Source of the DNA: Ranitomeya imitator
Taxonomy: Eukaryota
Length of the DNA: 64,000 nt
Reading direction: 5' to 3'
NCBI RefSeq assembly: GCF_032444005.1
Contig: NC_091291.1
Span: 131,068,001 to 131,132,000 of the forward strand
Shown here: positions 12,434 through 25,351 of the stretch, piece by piece
Position numbering within the stretch: the stretch's first letter is position 1
How the letters are laid out: each line of letters starts with the position of its first letter
Notes under the pieces: model-generated
Databases searched by the model: none
What the model saw: the letters and a program-made list of their open reading frames with translations, nothing else
What the model was told of the DNA's origin: nothing
Position numbers and translations under genes: made by a program

Positions 12434-13909
12434 TTTCCAGCAGCAGCAGCAGGTGGAGGAGTGCGGAGTCCCGGCCGTCCTGTGCACCTTCCAACATCAG
12501 CAGAACTTCACACCACACCTTACGCAATCACAAGACTGCATGTCTGAGTCACCGGCAGACGTCCTGCACAGAATACGGAAAGATCAGAGACCCGGAAACC
12601 ATACACTGCAGATCACACAAGAGGAGACCCCAAACTATCATCTGATCGCTTACGGCCCCAACATCCACCAGAGGTGGCCCCAACATCCACCAGAGGTGGC
12701 CCCAAGTCCCATCTACTGAAGGGAGCAGTAGGGTGATTGCTCGACCACTGCTCCACCTAAACACCTCCGCGTGGTGGTCCTGTCTAGAGGAGAACTGGGA
12801 GGGGGGCACAATACCCATCCAAGGTATTGAGGGTCAGTGATCGGGCATTAACCCATTTCTAGTCTGAGCCATTTTACTTTTTTTTTTTCAACCCCTTCTT
12901 CCAAATGTGATAACTTCCTATCTCCAAGATCGTATCTCAATATGTAGTAGGAATATTATTAATAAAAATAATAATACATAATATACCTGAAATGATAAAT
13001 GTAGCATAGTTCTTCTAATTCGCCATGTCCCTTACCCCATGGGCAGGGCAATGCAGCATCTTAAGTATCCTTGGTTACGACCATTCATAATAACAATTAG
13101 CTGCTACTGGTCGTAACCGTGGATACATGAATCAGGAGAACTCGCTTACATTTCTAATTGGAGGTATTTGCCAATATTATACCCACTACATATTGAGATG
13201 GGATCTTGGAGATGGGAATACCCATTTAAAGTTTCATTTTTCCCATTCTTCATTCAGCAATAAAAATGACAAATGTGGCAACGTGATTTTCCGGATCTGA
13301 AGCATTGATACCAAAATTACAATTTTTTTTTTCTACTTATGTTTGTTTGTTTTTTTTTTTTTAAATTTCAGATCTTTGTATATAAAAAAAAAAAAAAAAA
13401 AAGTGTTCACTTTTTTATTAAATGTTTATCTTTACTTTTTCGTTCCCCTGGGGAATTTGAATCTGTGATTGTTGGAGAATGGAGTGGTTACATTGCACCT
13501 AATACTGCGACCACAACAAGCAAATTGCAAAAAAATCCCCCGGGTTCTGACAGTTTTCTGCAGCTTGCTGGTCGCATTGCTTCACCAGTTATATTGTGCC
13601 CCCCCATTCACTTACATTACGATTTATACATATTAGTCCATATAAATCTTATCGGAACACATTCAAAAGATCTGAAACAACAAGATGGCCCTCCAAGAAT
13701 ATTATTCAGGGCACAGAATGTTTAGTTCAAACATAAAAAGTTTATTTATCCATAAGTAGAAACTTCATTTTTTTTAAAAAAAAAACATACATGATACAAA
13801 AACTTGTGCAAATACCTGCAGCGCGAAACGGCCGTTGTCCGTCATCCTCCACACCCCTCCCTGCTAAGTCTGTCCATGCGTTAATTAATTAAAAACCCCC
13901 AAATATAAC

Positions 13910-16451
13910 AGAAAGCATGGAAAGTCTACTTCTAAAGCAGATAGATGAAGCTGCAACCCATAATGAGGTCCTGGTTATGGGGGACTTTAACTACCCGGAT
14001 ATTAACTGGGAAACAGAAACCTGTGAAACCCATAAAGGCAACAGGTTTCTGCTAATAACCAAGAAAAATTATCTTTCACAATTGGTGCAGAATCCAACCA
14101 GAGGAGCAGCACTTTTAGACCTAATACTATCTAATAGACCTGACAGAATAACAAATCTGCAGGTGGTCGGGCATTTAGGAAATAGCGACCACAATATTGT
14201 ACAGTTTCACCTGTCTTTCACTAGGGGGACTTGTCAGGGAGTCACAAAAACATTGAACTTTAGGAAGGCAAAGTTTGAACAGCTTAGAGATGCCCTTAAT
14301 CTGGTAGACTGGGACAATATCCTCAGAAATAAGAATACAGATAATAAATGGGAAATGTTTAAGAACATCCTAAATAGGCAGTGTAAGCGGTTTATACCTT
14401 GTGGGAATAAAAGGACTAGAAATAGGAAAAACCCAATGTGGCTAAACAAAGAAGTAAGACAGGCAATTAACAGTAAAAAGAAAGCATTTGCACTACTAAA
14501 GCAGGATGGCACCATTGAAGCTCTAAAAAACTATAGGGAGAAAAATACTTTATCTAAAAAACTAATTAAAGCTGCCAAAAAGGAAACAGAGAAGCACATT
14601 GCTAAGGAGAGTAAAACTAATCCCAAACTGTTCTTCAACTATATCAATAGTAAAAGAATAAAAACTGAAAATGTAGGCCCCTTAAAAAATAGTGAGGAAA
14701 GAATGGTTGTAGATGACGAGGAAAAAGCTAACATATTAAACACCTTCTTCTCCACGGTATTCACGGTGGAAAATGAAATGCTAGGTGAAATCCCAAGAAA
14801 CAATGAAAACCCTATATTAAGGGTCACCAATCTAACCCAAGAAGAGGTGCGAAACCGGCTAAATAAGATTAAAATAGATAAATCTCCGGGTCCGGATGGC
14901 ATACACCCACGAGTACTAAGAGAACTAAGTAATGTAATAGATAAACCATTATTTCTTATTTTTAGTGACTCTATAGCGACAGGGTCTGTTCCGCAGGACT
15001 GGCGCATAGCAAATGTGGTGCCAATATTCAAAAAGGGCTCTAAAAGTGAACCTGGAAATTATAGGCCAGTAAGTCTAACCTCTATTGTTGGTAAAATATT
15101 TGAAGGGTTTCTGAGGGATGTTATTCTGGATTATCTCAATGAGAATAACTGTTTAACTCCATATCAGCATGGGTTTATGAGAAATCGCTCCTGTCAAACC
15201 AATCTAATCAGTTTTTATGAAGAGGTAAGCTATAGACTGGACCACGGTGAGTCATTGGACGTGGTATATCTCGATTTTTCCAAAGCGTTTGATACCGTGC
15301 CGCACAAGAGGTTGGTACACAAAATGAGAATGCTTGGTCTGGGGGAAATTGTGTGTAAATGGGTTAGTAACTGGCTTAGTGATAGAAAGCAGAGGGTGGT
15401 TATAAATGGTATAGTCTCTAACTGGGTCGCTGTGACCAGTGGGGTACCGCAGGGGTCAGTATTGGGACCTGTTCTCTTCAACATATTCATTAATGATCTG
15501 GTAGAAGGTTTACACAGTAAAATATCGATATTTGCAGATGATACAAAACTATGTAAAGCAGTTAATACAAGAGAAGATAGTATTCTGCTACAGATGGATC
15601 TGGATAAGTTGGAAACTTGGGCTGAAAGGTGGCAGATGAGGTTTAACAATGATAAATGTAAGGTTATACACATGGGAAGAGGGAATCAATATCACCATTA
15701 CACACTGAACGGGAAACCACTGGGTAAATCTGACAGGGAGAAGGACTTGGGGATCCTAGTTAATGATAAACTTACCTGGAGCAGCCAGTGCCAGGCAGCA
15801 GCTGCCAAGGCAAACAGGATCATGGGGTGCATTAAAAGAGGTCTGGATACACATGATGAGAGCATTATACTGCCTCTGTACAAATCCCTAGTTAGACCGC
15901 ACATGGAGTACTGTGTCCAGTTTTGGGCACCGGTGCTCAGGAAGGATATAATGGAACTAGAGAGAGTACAAAGGAGGGCAACAAAATTAATAAAGGGGAT
16001 GGGAGAACTACAATACCCAGATAGATTAGCGAAATTAGGATTATTTAGTCTAGAAAAAAGACGACTGAGGGGCGATCTAATAACCATGTATAAGTATATA
16101 AGGGGACAATACAAATATCTCGCTGAGGATCTGTTTATACCAAGGAAGGTGACGGGCACAAGGGGGCATTCTTTGCGTCTGGAGGAGAGAAGGTTTTTCC
16201 ACCAACATAGAAGAGGATTCTTTACTGTTAGGGCAGTGAGAATCTGGAATTGCTTGCCTGAGGAGGTGGTGATGGCGAACTCAGTCGAGGGGTTCAAGAG
16301 AGGCCTGGATGTCTTCCTGGAGCAGAACAATATTGTATCATACAATTATTAGGTTCTGTAGAAGGACGTAGATCTGGGTATTTATTTATGAATATAGGCT
16401 GAACTGGATGGACAAATGTCTTTTTTCGGCCTTACTAACTATGTTACTATG
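13910..16451 (+). mobile_element. CR1-clade LINE, 5-prime truncated (partial endonuclease plus complete RT), copy A
   Basis: Uninterrupted 811-aa ORF 13917..16352 with GDFN and SDH endonuclease motifs, YLDFSKAFD, GVPQGSVLGP, FADD and LEKRRLRGDL; short tandem tail (ACTATGTT-like) at the 3-prime end. Confidence 0.95.
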
Positions 16452-17543
16452 ACTGGATTTTACAAGTTTGGTGAGTGCGTTCCTCTTTTTCTTCTTATAT
16501 ATGGACATTTACTGCTTTCTTACCTCGGACACTGCACCACCAACTAGTCAGCAGGGACCGGGAGCATGGTTAAGGCTTTATGATTCGGCACTTTGAGTGA
16601 GCGCAGCTGTGCGGACGTGCTTTTTTTCTTTTCTCTCTGTGTGGCTACAACACCAGGTACCCCTACGCGCGTTCCGATAGATTCTTCTTCCAGGGGCGCA
16701 TATAAGCATTATTATAGCCAAGTAGTAAATCTCTGCACATAGATATGTACTCATGCCCATTGGCACTTTAGAAACTTAAAATTGAAGCGGTGTCCTTGCA
16801 AGGATATATTCTGAGCCTGCATAGCATTTGTTATAAAACAAACCGGTTGTTTTCTTGGATTGGAGGTATTTGCCCAAGTTTTTGTATCATGTATGTTTTT
16901 TTTTTTTTTAAATGAAGTTTCTACTTATGGATAAATAAACTTTATATGTTTGAACTAAACATTCTGTGCCCTGAATAATATTCTTGGGGGGCCATCTTGT
17001 TGTATCACTTACATTACGATGTAGCAGCAGCATAAAAGTAATTTTTGGCCATCTGACCCTTCTGCTGCCAAAGGCGCTGTGAAGCCCTAAAGACAATGTC
17101 CCAGCAACCAAAACCCCAATATCCCCCCTCTGGTACAGCTGCACCGGAGCTGCAGGCTTCGTTACAATGTGCACACAAACAAGAGCCAGATCTGCAGAAT
17201 GAGATTTACCGGAATAGTTACGGCCATAAAAAAAAATTAATGTTTGAGGTCGGATATATTTATAATCGCACTGACGTGGAGGAGAATCAGGTTTCCAGGT
17301 CAGTTTTACTGCTCAATAAACGCCGTAGAAGCAAAGCCGCCTAAAAACAAACGGCGGAATTACATGTTTATTTTCACCATTTCTCCGCACTTTTTCTCCA
17401 GCTTTCAGAACATTATTTGATACAATAAAAGAGTTTGTTCAATAGTACAAGTCCTATAAAACAAACAGAAGCCCCCGTATAGCAATGTGGACGGGACGGT
17501 GTGTGACCAATCACACCCAACAAAGCCATCGCCGAGTCCACGG

Positions 17544-18257
17544 ACCACGAGCGGAGATCAGCAACTTTCCGGAGATTTTAACTCAACCGGAAAATTACAT
17601 TTGCATCAAATCAATTTGTTGTGAATTGAAACAGTCGGGAAAGGGTTAAGTGATACAAAGACCCTTTGATCAGATTCACACCTCTGTGTCTCACGATGTG
17701 AGTCTGGCCTGCAATGTGCGGACCACCCGCGGGTCTCTGACCCAACAGTGTCCCCCGCTCCTCAGCCTCCGTGCCCTGGGCAGCGCCGCTCTTCACCAGG
17801 CCTCGCACAGGCACATTACTGACGGGTGCCACAACATGGGGGCTAGAGGAGGGCGGGCGAGCTGGAGGCGCAGAAACGGGAAATCGGGGCCTATTGGAGC
17901 AGCGGGAGAGGTGCTGCCTCCAACCAACTGGCAGCCGCCACTCTTGGGTTCGTCATGATGTCATCAGAGAAGCATAGACTGGTGTGATACCGTCAGTGTG
18001 ATGTCATCAGTGCAGCATGATGTCACTGGTGGGGCATAGCCTGGCGTATGATGCCAATGGGACGTCTCACCAGGCTGGCAAGTCAGAAGAAGAGCGTCGT
18101 GGGATGGCAGGAGCTTAGAGGCAGCTCTCGCGGATCCCGGGAAGCTCAGGAGGTGGACACCCGGGGGAGGTCGTTGGCGGCTCTCGCAGGCACCCGGGGG
18201 AGGTCGGTGGCAGCTCTCGCGGGCACCCAGAATCAGAAGATCGTGGGATTGCAGGAG
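17544..18257 (+). repeat. Left arm of about 714-bp inverted duplication
   Basis: Reverse complement of 21121..21834; ORF translations 17650..17958(+) and 21420..21728(-) are identical. Confidence 0.93.
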
Positions 18258-21090
18258 GGGGGTAATAAAGGGGCGTAGAGGCGGGGAGATCACACCTGAG
18301 GGTGAGGGGGGTAGTAAAGGGGCGTAGAGGCGGGGGGATCACACCTGAGGGTGAGGGGGGTAATAAAGGGGCTTAAAGGCGGGGAGATCACACCTGAAGG
18401 TGAGGGGGGTAATAAAGGGGCGGAGAGATCACACCTGAGGGTGAGGGGGGTAATAAAGGGGCGTAGAGGCGGGGGGATCACACCTGAGGGTGAGGGGGGT
18501 AATAAAGGGGCGTAGAGGCGGGGGGATCACACCTGAAGGTGAGGGGGGTAATAAAGGGGCGTAGAGGCGGGGGGAATCACACCTGAGGGTGAGGGGGGTA
18601 ATAAAGGGGCGTAGAGGCGGGGAGATCACACCTGAGGGTGAGGGGGGTAGTAAAGGGGCGTAGAGGCGGGGGGATCACACCTGAGGGTGAGGGGGGTAAT
18701 AAAGGGGCTTAAAGGCGGGGAGATCACACCTGAAGGTGAGGGGGGTAATAAAGGGGCGGAGAGATCACACCTGAGGGTGAGGGGGGTAATAAAGGGGCGT
18801 AGAGGCGGGGGGATCACACCTGAGGGTGAGGGGGGTAATAAAGGGGCGTAGAGGCGGGGGGATCACACCTGAAGGTGAGGGGGGTAATAAAGGGGCGTAG
18901 AGGCGGGGGGAATCACACCTGAGGGTGAGGGGGGTAATAAAGGGGCGTAGAGGCGGGGAGATCACACCTGAGGGTGAGGGGGGTAATAAAGGGGCGTAGA
19001 GGCGGGGGGATCACACCTGAGGGTGAGGGGGGTAATAAAGGAACGTAGAGGTGGGGGGGATCACACCTGAAGGTGAGGGGGGTAATAAAGGGGCGGGGAG
19101 ATCACACCTGAGGGTGAGGGGGGTAATAAAGGGGCGTAGAGGCGGGGAGATCACACCTGAGGGTGAGGGGGGTAATAAAGGGGCGTAGAGGCGGGGGGAT
19201 CACACCTGAGGGTGAGGGGGGTAATAAAGGAACGTAGAGGTGGGGGATCACACCTGAAGGTGAGGGGGGTAATAAAGGGGCGTAGAGATCACACCTGAGG
19301 GTGAGGGGGGTAATAAAGGAACGTAGAGGTGGGGGGGATCACACCTGAAGGTGAGGGGGGTAATAAAGGGGCGGGGAGATCACACCTGAGGGTGAGGGGG
19401 GTAATAAAGGGGCGTAGAGGCGGGGAGATCACACCTGAGGGTGAGGGGGGTAATAAAGGGGCGTAGAGGCGGGGAGATCACACCTGAGGGTGAGGGGGGT
19501 AATAAAGGGGCGTAGAGGCGGGGGGATCACACCTGACGGTGAGGGGGGTAATAAAGGGGCGTAGAGGCGGGGGGATCACACCTGAGGGTGAGGGGGGTAA
19601 TAAAGGGGCGTAGAGGCGGGGATCACACCTGAGGGTGAGGGGGGTAATAAAGGGGCGTAGAGGTGGGGAGATCACACCTGAGGCCAGTCTCACACGTCCA
19701 GATAATTTTGGTACCGGAATTATCTGTGTCCGTGCGTTTATGTGGCACATCAGTGTGGCACACGTGTGCCGACTGGGTACCACACGGAGTGTGCAGGAGA
19801 CAGCGCTACAAGTAAGCGCTGACCCCTGCATCTGGTGCTGAAGCCGCCATTTATATCTTCTCTCCAGCAGCATTCGCTGGATAGAAAATATGAAAAATCC
19901 TTTTTTTTTTTTTCATGTTTAAAATAAAGATCTTTGTCCCCACCCCCCTCCCACCCCTTCGAAGTGTCCTCTCTGGGCCGCTCCTTCTCCAGTATGAGCG
20001 GTCACGTGGGGCCGCCCATTACAGCCATGAATATACGGCTCCACCCCTATGGGAGGTGGAGCCGCATATTCGTGACTGTAATCGGTGGCACCACGTGACC
20101 GCTCATACAGGAGAAGCTGTGGCGAGGACAGGGCGCTGCGAGGGAGCCGGGTGAGTATTTTATTAACAGCGGGTGGACGCACAGGGGGTGGGAGGGGGGG
20201 TGGGGACAGGGATCTTTATTTTAAACACGAAATAACAAAAAAAAAAGGATTTTTCATATTTTCTATCCAGCGAACGCTGCTGGAGAGAAGATATGAATGG
20301 CGGTTTCAGCACCAGATGCAGGCGACAGCGCTCATCTCTAGCGCCGTCTCCTGCACGGCACACGGACTGTTTTACACGGACCCATTGACTTTAATGGGTC
20401 CGTGTAATCCGTGCGCTCCCACAAACACTGACATGTCTCCGTGTTTTGCACACGGACACACGGTCCGTGAAAACACGCTGACCTGTGCAGAGACACATTG
20501 ATTTCAATGTGTCTACGTGAGTCAGTGTCTCCGGTACGTGAGGAAACTGTCACCTCACGTACCGGAGCCACTGATGTGTGAAACCAGCCTGAGGGTGAGG
20601 CGGCTAATAAAGGGGGTGTAGAGGCGGGGAGATCACAACTGAGGGTGAGGGGGGTAATAAAGGGGCGTAGAGGCGGGGAGATCACAAATGAGGGTGAGGC
20701 GGGTAATAAAGGGGCGTAGAAGCGGGGAGATCACGCCTGTGGGTGAGGCTGATAATAAAGGGGCGTAGAGGCGGGGAGATCACAACTGAGGGTGAGGGGG
20801 GTAATAAAGGGGGTGTAGAGGCGGGGAGATCACGCCTGTGGGTGAGGCTGATAATAAAGGGGCGTAGAGGCGGGGAGATCACGCCTGTGGGTGAGGCTGA
20901 TAATAAAGGGGCGTAGAGGCGGGGAGATCACAACTGAGGGTGAGGCGGGTAATAAAGGGGTGTAGAAGCGGGGAGATCACGCCTGTGGGTGAGGCTGATA
21001 ATAAAGGGGCGTAGAGGCGGGGAGATCACGCCTGTGGGTGAGGCTGATAATAAAGGGGCGTAGAGCCAGGGAGATCACAACTGTGGTCAT
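18258..21090 (+). repeat. G-rich minisatellite, about 49-bp unit (GATCACACCTGAGGGTGAGGGGGGTAATAAAGGGGCGTAGAGGCGGGG), interrupted by a MITE
   Basis: Tandem units visible; more diverged variant after 20590. Confidence 0.93.
19682..20589. mobile_element. PIF/Harbinger-type non-autonomous element inserted in the minisatellite
   Basis: Imperfect TIR GGCCAGTCTCACAC / GTGTGAAACCAGCC; TGA duplicated on both sides; long internal inverted repeats. Confidence 0.78.
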
Positions 21091-21120
21091 TGGATGGAAT
21101 CTGCGAGAGCCGCCTCTAAG

Positions 21121-21834
21121 CTCCTGCAATCCCACGATCTTCTGATTCTGGGTGCCCGCGAGAGCTGCCACCGACCTCCCCCGGGTGCCTGCGAGAGCCG
21201 CCACCGACCTCCCCCGGGTGTCCACCTCCTGAGCTTCCCGGGATCCGCGAGAGCTGCCTCTAAGCTCCTGCCATCCCACGACGCTCTTCTTCTGACTTGC
21301 CAGCCTGGTGAGACGTCCCATTGGCATCATACGCCAGGCTATGCCCCACCAGTGACATCATGCTGCACTGATGACATCACACTGACGGTATCACACCAGT
21401 CTATGCTTCTCTGATGACATCATGACGAACCCAAGAGTGGCGGCTGCCAGTTGGTTGGAGGCAGCACCTCTCCCGCTGCTCCAATAGGCCCCGATTTCCC
21501 GTTTCTGCGCCTCCAGCTCGCCCGCCCTCCTCTAGCCCCCATGTTGTGGCACCCGTCAGTAATGTGCCTGTGCGAGGCCTGGTGAAGAGCGGCGCTGCCC
21601 AGGGCACGGAGGCTGAGGAGCGGGGGACACTGTTGGGTCAGAGACCCGCGGGTGGTCCGCACATTGCAGGCCAGACTCACATCGTGAGACACAGAGGTGT
21701 GAATCTGATCAAAGGGTCTTTGTATCACTTAACCCTTTCCCGACTGTTTCAATTCACAACAAATTGATTTGATGCAAATGTAATTTTCCGGTTGAGTTAA
21801 AATCTCCGGAAAGTTGCTGATCTCTGCTCGTGGT
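21121..21834 (-). repeat. Right arm of about 714-bp inverted duplication
   Basis: Reverse complement of 17544..18257 with very few mismatches. Confidence 0.93.
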
Positions 21835-22678
21835 ACCCCCCTCACCCTCAGGTGTGATCCCCCCGCCTCTACGCCCCTTTATTACCCCCCTCACCCTCAG
21901 GTGTGATCTCCCCGCCTCTACGTTCCTTTATTACCCCCCTCACCCTCAGGTGTGATCCCCCCGCCTCTACGCCCCTTTATTACCCCCCTCACCCTCAGGT
22001 GTGATCTCCCCGCCTCTACGTTCCTTTATTACCCCCCTCACCCTCAGGTGTGATCCCCCCGCCTCTACGCCCCTTTATTACCCCCCTCACCCTCAGGTGT
22101 GATCTCCCCACCTCTACGTTCCTTTATTACCCCCCTCACCCTCAGGTGTGATCCCCCCGCCTATACGCCCCTTTATTACCCCCCTCACCCTCAGGTGTGA
22201 TCTCTCTACGCCCCTTTATTACCCCCCTCACCCTCAGGTGTGATCTCCCCACCTCTACGTTCCTTTATTACCCCCCTCACCCTCAGGTGTGATCCCCCCG
22301 CCTCTACGCCCCTTTATTACCCCCCTCACCCTCAGGTGTGATCCCCCCGCCTCTACGCCCCTTTATTACCCCCCTCACCCTCAGGTGTGATCCCCCCGCC
22401 TCTACGTTCCTTTATTACCCCCCTCACCCTCAGGTGTGATCTCCCCGCCTTTAAGCCCCTTTATTACCCCCCTCACCCTCAGGTGTGATCCCCCCGCCTC
22501 TACGCCCCTTTATTACCCCCCTCACCCTCAGGTGTGATCTCCCCGCCTTTAAGCCCCTTTATTACCCCCCTCACCCTCAGGTGTGATCTCTCTACGCCCC
22601 TTTATTACCCCCCTCACCCTCAGGTGTGATCTCCCCGCCTCTACGCCCCTTTATTACCCCCCTCACCCTCAGGTGTGA
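21835..22678 (-). repeat. Same 49-bp minisatellite in the opposite orientation
   Basis: CCCCCCTCACCCTCAGGTGTGATC... tandem units. Confidence 0.93.
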
Positions 22679-22865
22679 CAATATTCACACAAATATTAGA
22701 TTCTGTCAAATCTGAATTTTTTACAGAAATTAATTAAAAAATAAATAAATTGGATTGGTGAGAGACTGAAGTCACCACGGGGAGCCGGACGGGACATTAT
22801 CAGTCCCACAAGCGGTAAACAAGCAGAAGGCACAAGACAACACAAAGCGGTGACCGAGCACTCAC

Positions 22866-22970
22866 ATCCGTCCTCCCCATCCGGCCCGCTCCGCCTCCGC
22901 TCCCCGGTGTCCGCGCTCTCCGTCCTCTCTCCACAACTCAACCGCATCCACAGGAGCCGGAAGATCACAA
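22866..22970 (-). other. SIDT2: Probable non-coding first exon of SIDT2
   Basis: GC/CpG-rich segment ending in a consensus donor (GAT|GTGAGT at 22865), just downstream of the promoter motif cluster. Assignment and 5-prime end are inferred. Confidence 0.55.
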
Positions 22971-22977
22971 TAACACA

Positions 22978-23110
22978 GGGGGCGGGGCCAGGGTGACGTC
23001 ACCCGCCTCTGAGGGGAGACGTCACGTGACGAGCTGCAGCTTGGAGAGTCACGTGTGCGAATATAAACGGAGGAGGGGACACGTGACCTGAGGAGGGGAC
23101 ACGTGACCTG
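22978..23110 (-). promoter_or_regulatory. Putative SIDT2 promoter: GC box, CRE and four CLEAR/E-box sites
   Basis: GGGGCGGGGC at about 22979; TGACGTCA at 22994-23001; GTCACGTGAC at 23021-23030; GTCACGTG at 23048-23055; CACGTGAC at 23080-23087 and 23100-23107. Confidence 0.7.
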
Positions 23111-23558
23111 AGGATGGATCTGCTCAACTAACAACTCCATAATGTGCCCGAGCTGGAGCTGCAGCCCCGCACTGTGCCCGGGAGGAGCCGGGAGCAGCGT
23201 CTCTCCACACAATCATCTATTATTGATCAGTATTGTGCCCCTCCTCTCCTGCACTAGACTAAGTATTTACTAGATTTATGTTTAGTAATTAGATTCACTT
23301 TTTATTTATTTTATCCCTCTATATATTATATTTATTTAGATATTATATTGTTATATTTATTTTGTTTTATATTTACGTATTTTGTTTGTATTTATATGCT
23401 TATTATATACGATTTGTTATATTTCGTTAGATATATATATATATATTTTATATAGTACATGTATTTATTACATTTATCTATTATCTATATATTGTTAAAT
23501 ATTAATAGAACAAATTACTTAAGTATAATAAATATAACTACATAAATCTAATATATAA

Positions 23559-23559
<1 letters not shown>

Positions 23560-23630
<71 letters not shown>

Positions 23631-23635
23631 GTGTA
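23560..23635. repeat. (GT)n microsatellite
   Basis: Direct inspection. Confidence 0.97.
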
Positions 23636-24730
23636 TGTCCGGGATTGGCATCTGCACCGTCGAAGCTACAGCCACAAAATTTTGCACAGTCACACGTCTG
23701 GACCCTGAGAGCGTCATAGGCTACGTTGTGAGGTGAAATTTTAACCCCGCGCTTTCCAATTCACCAAACAATTTTGCCCCTATCTACATAATGGGGAAAA
23801 GTGAAAGGAAAAGTGTTGGAGGCAAATTGACAGCTGCCAGATGTGAACAAGGGGGACTTAAAGAATGAGAGCGATGGCGCCAAAGAGTATATACCGTACA
23901 GTTGCTAAGGTGGGGCCCCGACATGGGATACTCACCACACACAGGGATATGAACACACACACAAAATGCGCCACACACTACCACGTGCTTGAACACATAT
24001 ACCACCCTCAGCACACATTTCACCACAAATACACCAACCTCGCCACATAAAAGTCGAAACACAAAAGTCGCCGCTCAAAACTCGCCACGCGCAGAACTCG
24101 CCACATGCAAAAACTAGGCTCACACAAAACTCGCCACAAGTGCAAAACTCACCTCATGGAAAACTCGCCACACGCAAAACTCGCCACACGCAAAACTTGC
24201 ACACGCTGAAAAATTGCCACATGCACAAAAGTTGCAACACATGCAAAAGTTGCCTCACACAAAACTCACACATACTCAAAAGGCACCACACATAAAACTC
24301 ACCACGCGCAAAACTTGCTGCACACAACTTGCTACACTAACCTGTCACATGCAACTCGACACACAAAAAGTTGCTACACGCATGTTGCCACACAAAACTC
24401 ATCTCACAAAAGTCGCTACATGCATGTCGCCACACGCAACTCAACACACACAACTTGACAAACGAAACTCGCCCTAAAACACACACAAGTCTGGTATTAT
24501 CCTTCAAAAATAAAAATCTGATTAATAAGCAGACAAACTACAACAAATGTACCATATAGGAAATACGGCAGCTGTCAGTCACATGGCCTGTCTATTATGT
24601 GTGTGTGTGAGCTAATATATACTGCCAGGGGGGAGGGCTTCCTGTTGGCTGGGGATTTATCAGGCTGCCAATTTATCTTACAAATACTGAGGTAAAAATA
24701 CTGAGCAAATAACGTGTGAACGAGGTCTAA

Positions 24731-25351
24731 TACAGGAGGAGATGACACACAGGTATATACTATATACAGGGGAGATGAGACACAGGTATATACTATATAC
24801 AGGAGGAGATGACATACAGGTATATACTATATAGAGGAGGAGATGACACACAGGTATATACTATATAGAGGAGGAGATGACACACAGGTATATACTATAT
24901 AGAGGAGGAGATGACACACGTATATACTATATAGAGGAGGAGATGACATACAGGTATATACTATATACAGGGGAGATGACACACAGATATATATTATATA
25001 CACATGTATATACTATATAGAGGAGCAGATGACACACAGGTATATACTATATACAGGAGGAGATGACATACAGGTATATGCTATATATAGAAGATGACAT
25101 GCAGGTATATACTATATACAGGAGGAGATGACACACAGATATATACTATATACAGGGGAGATGACACACAGGTATATACTATATACAGGAGGAGATGACA
25201 TACAGGTATATACTATATATAGAAGGAGATGACATTCAGGTATATACTATATATAGGGGAGATGACACACAGCAGGTATATACTATATACAGGGGAGATG
25301 ACATACAGGTATATACTATATACATGAGATGACATACAGATGTATACTATA
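24731..25351. repeat. Minisatellite, about 32-34-bp unit (CAGGTATATACTATATACAGGAGGAGATGACA)
   Basis: Tandem units; a partial unit resumes after the Tc1 at 26957. Confidence 0.9.

Noticed and set aside
14234-16345. Antisense ORFs (93-215 aa), also mirrored at 44347-46473
   Set aside because: Shadow ORFs on the reverse strand of the CR1 ORF; shared only because the two copies are near-identical.
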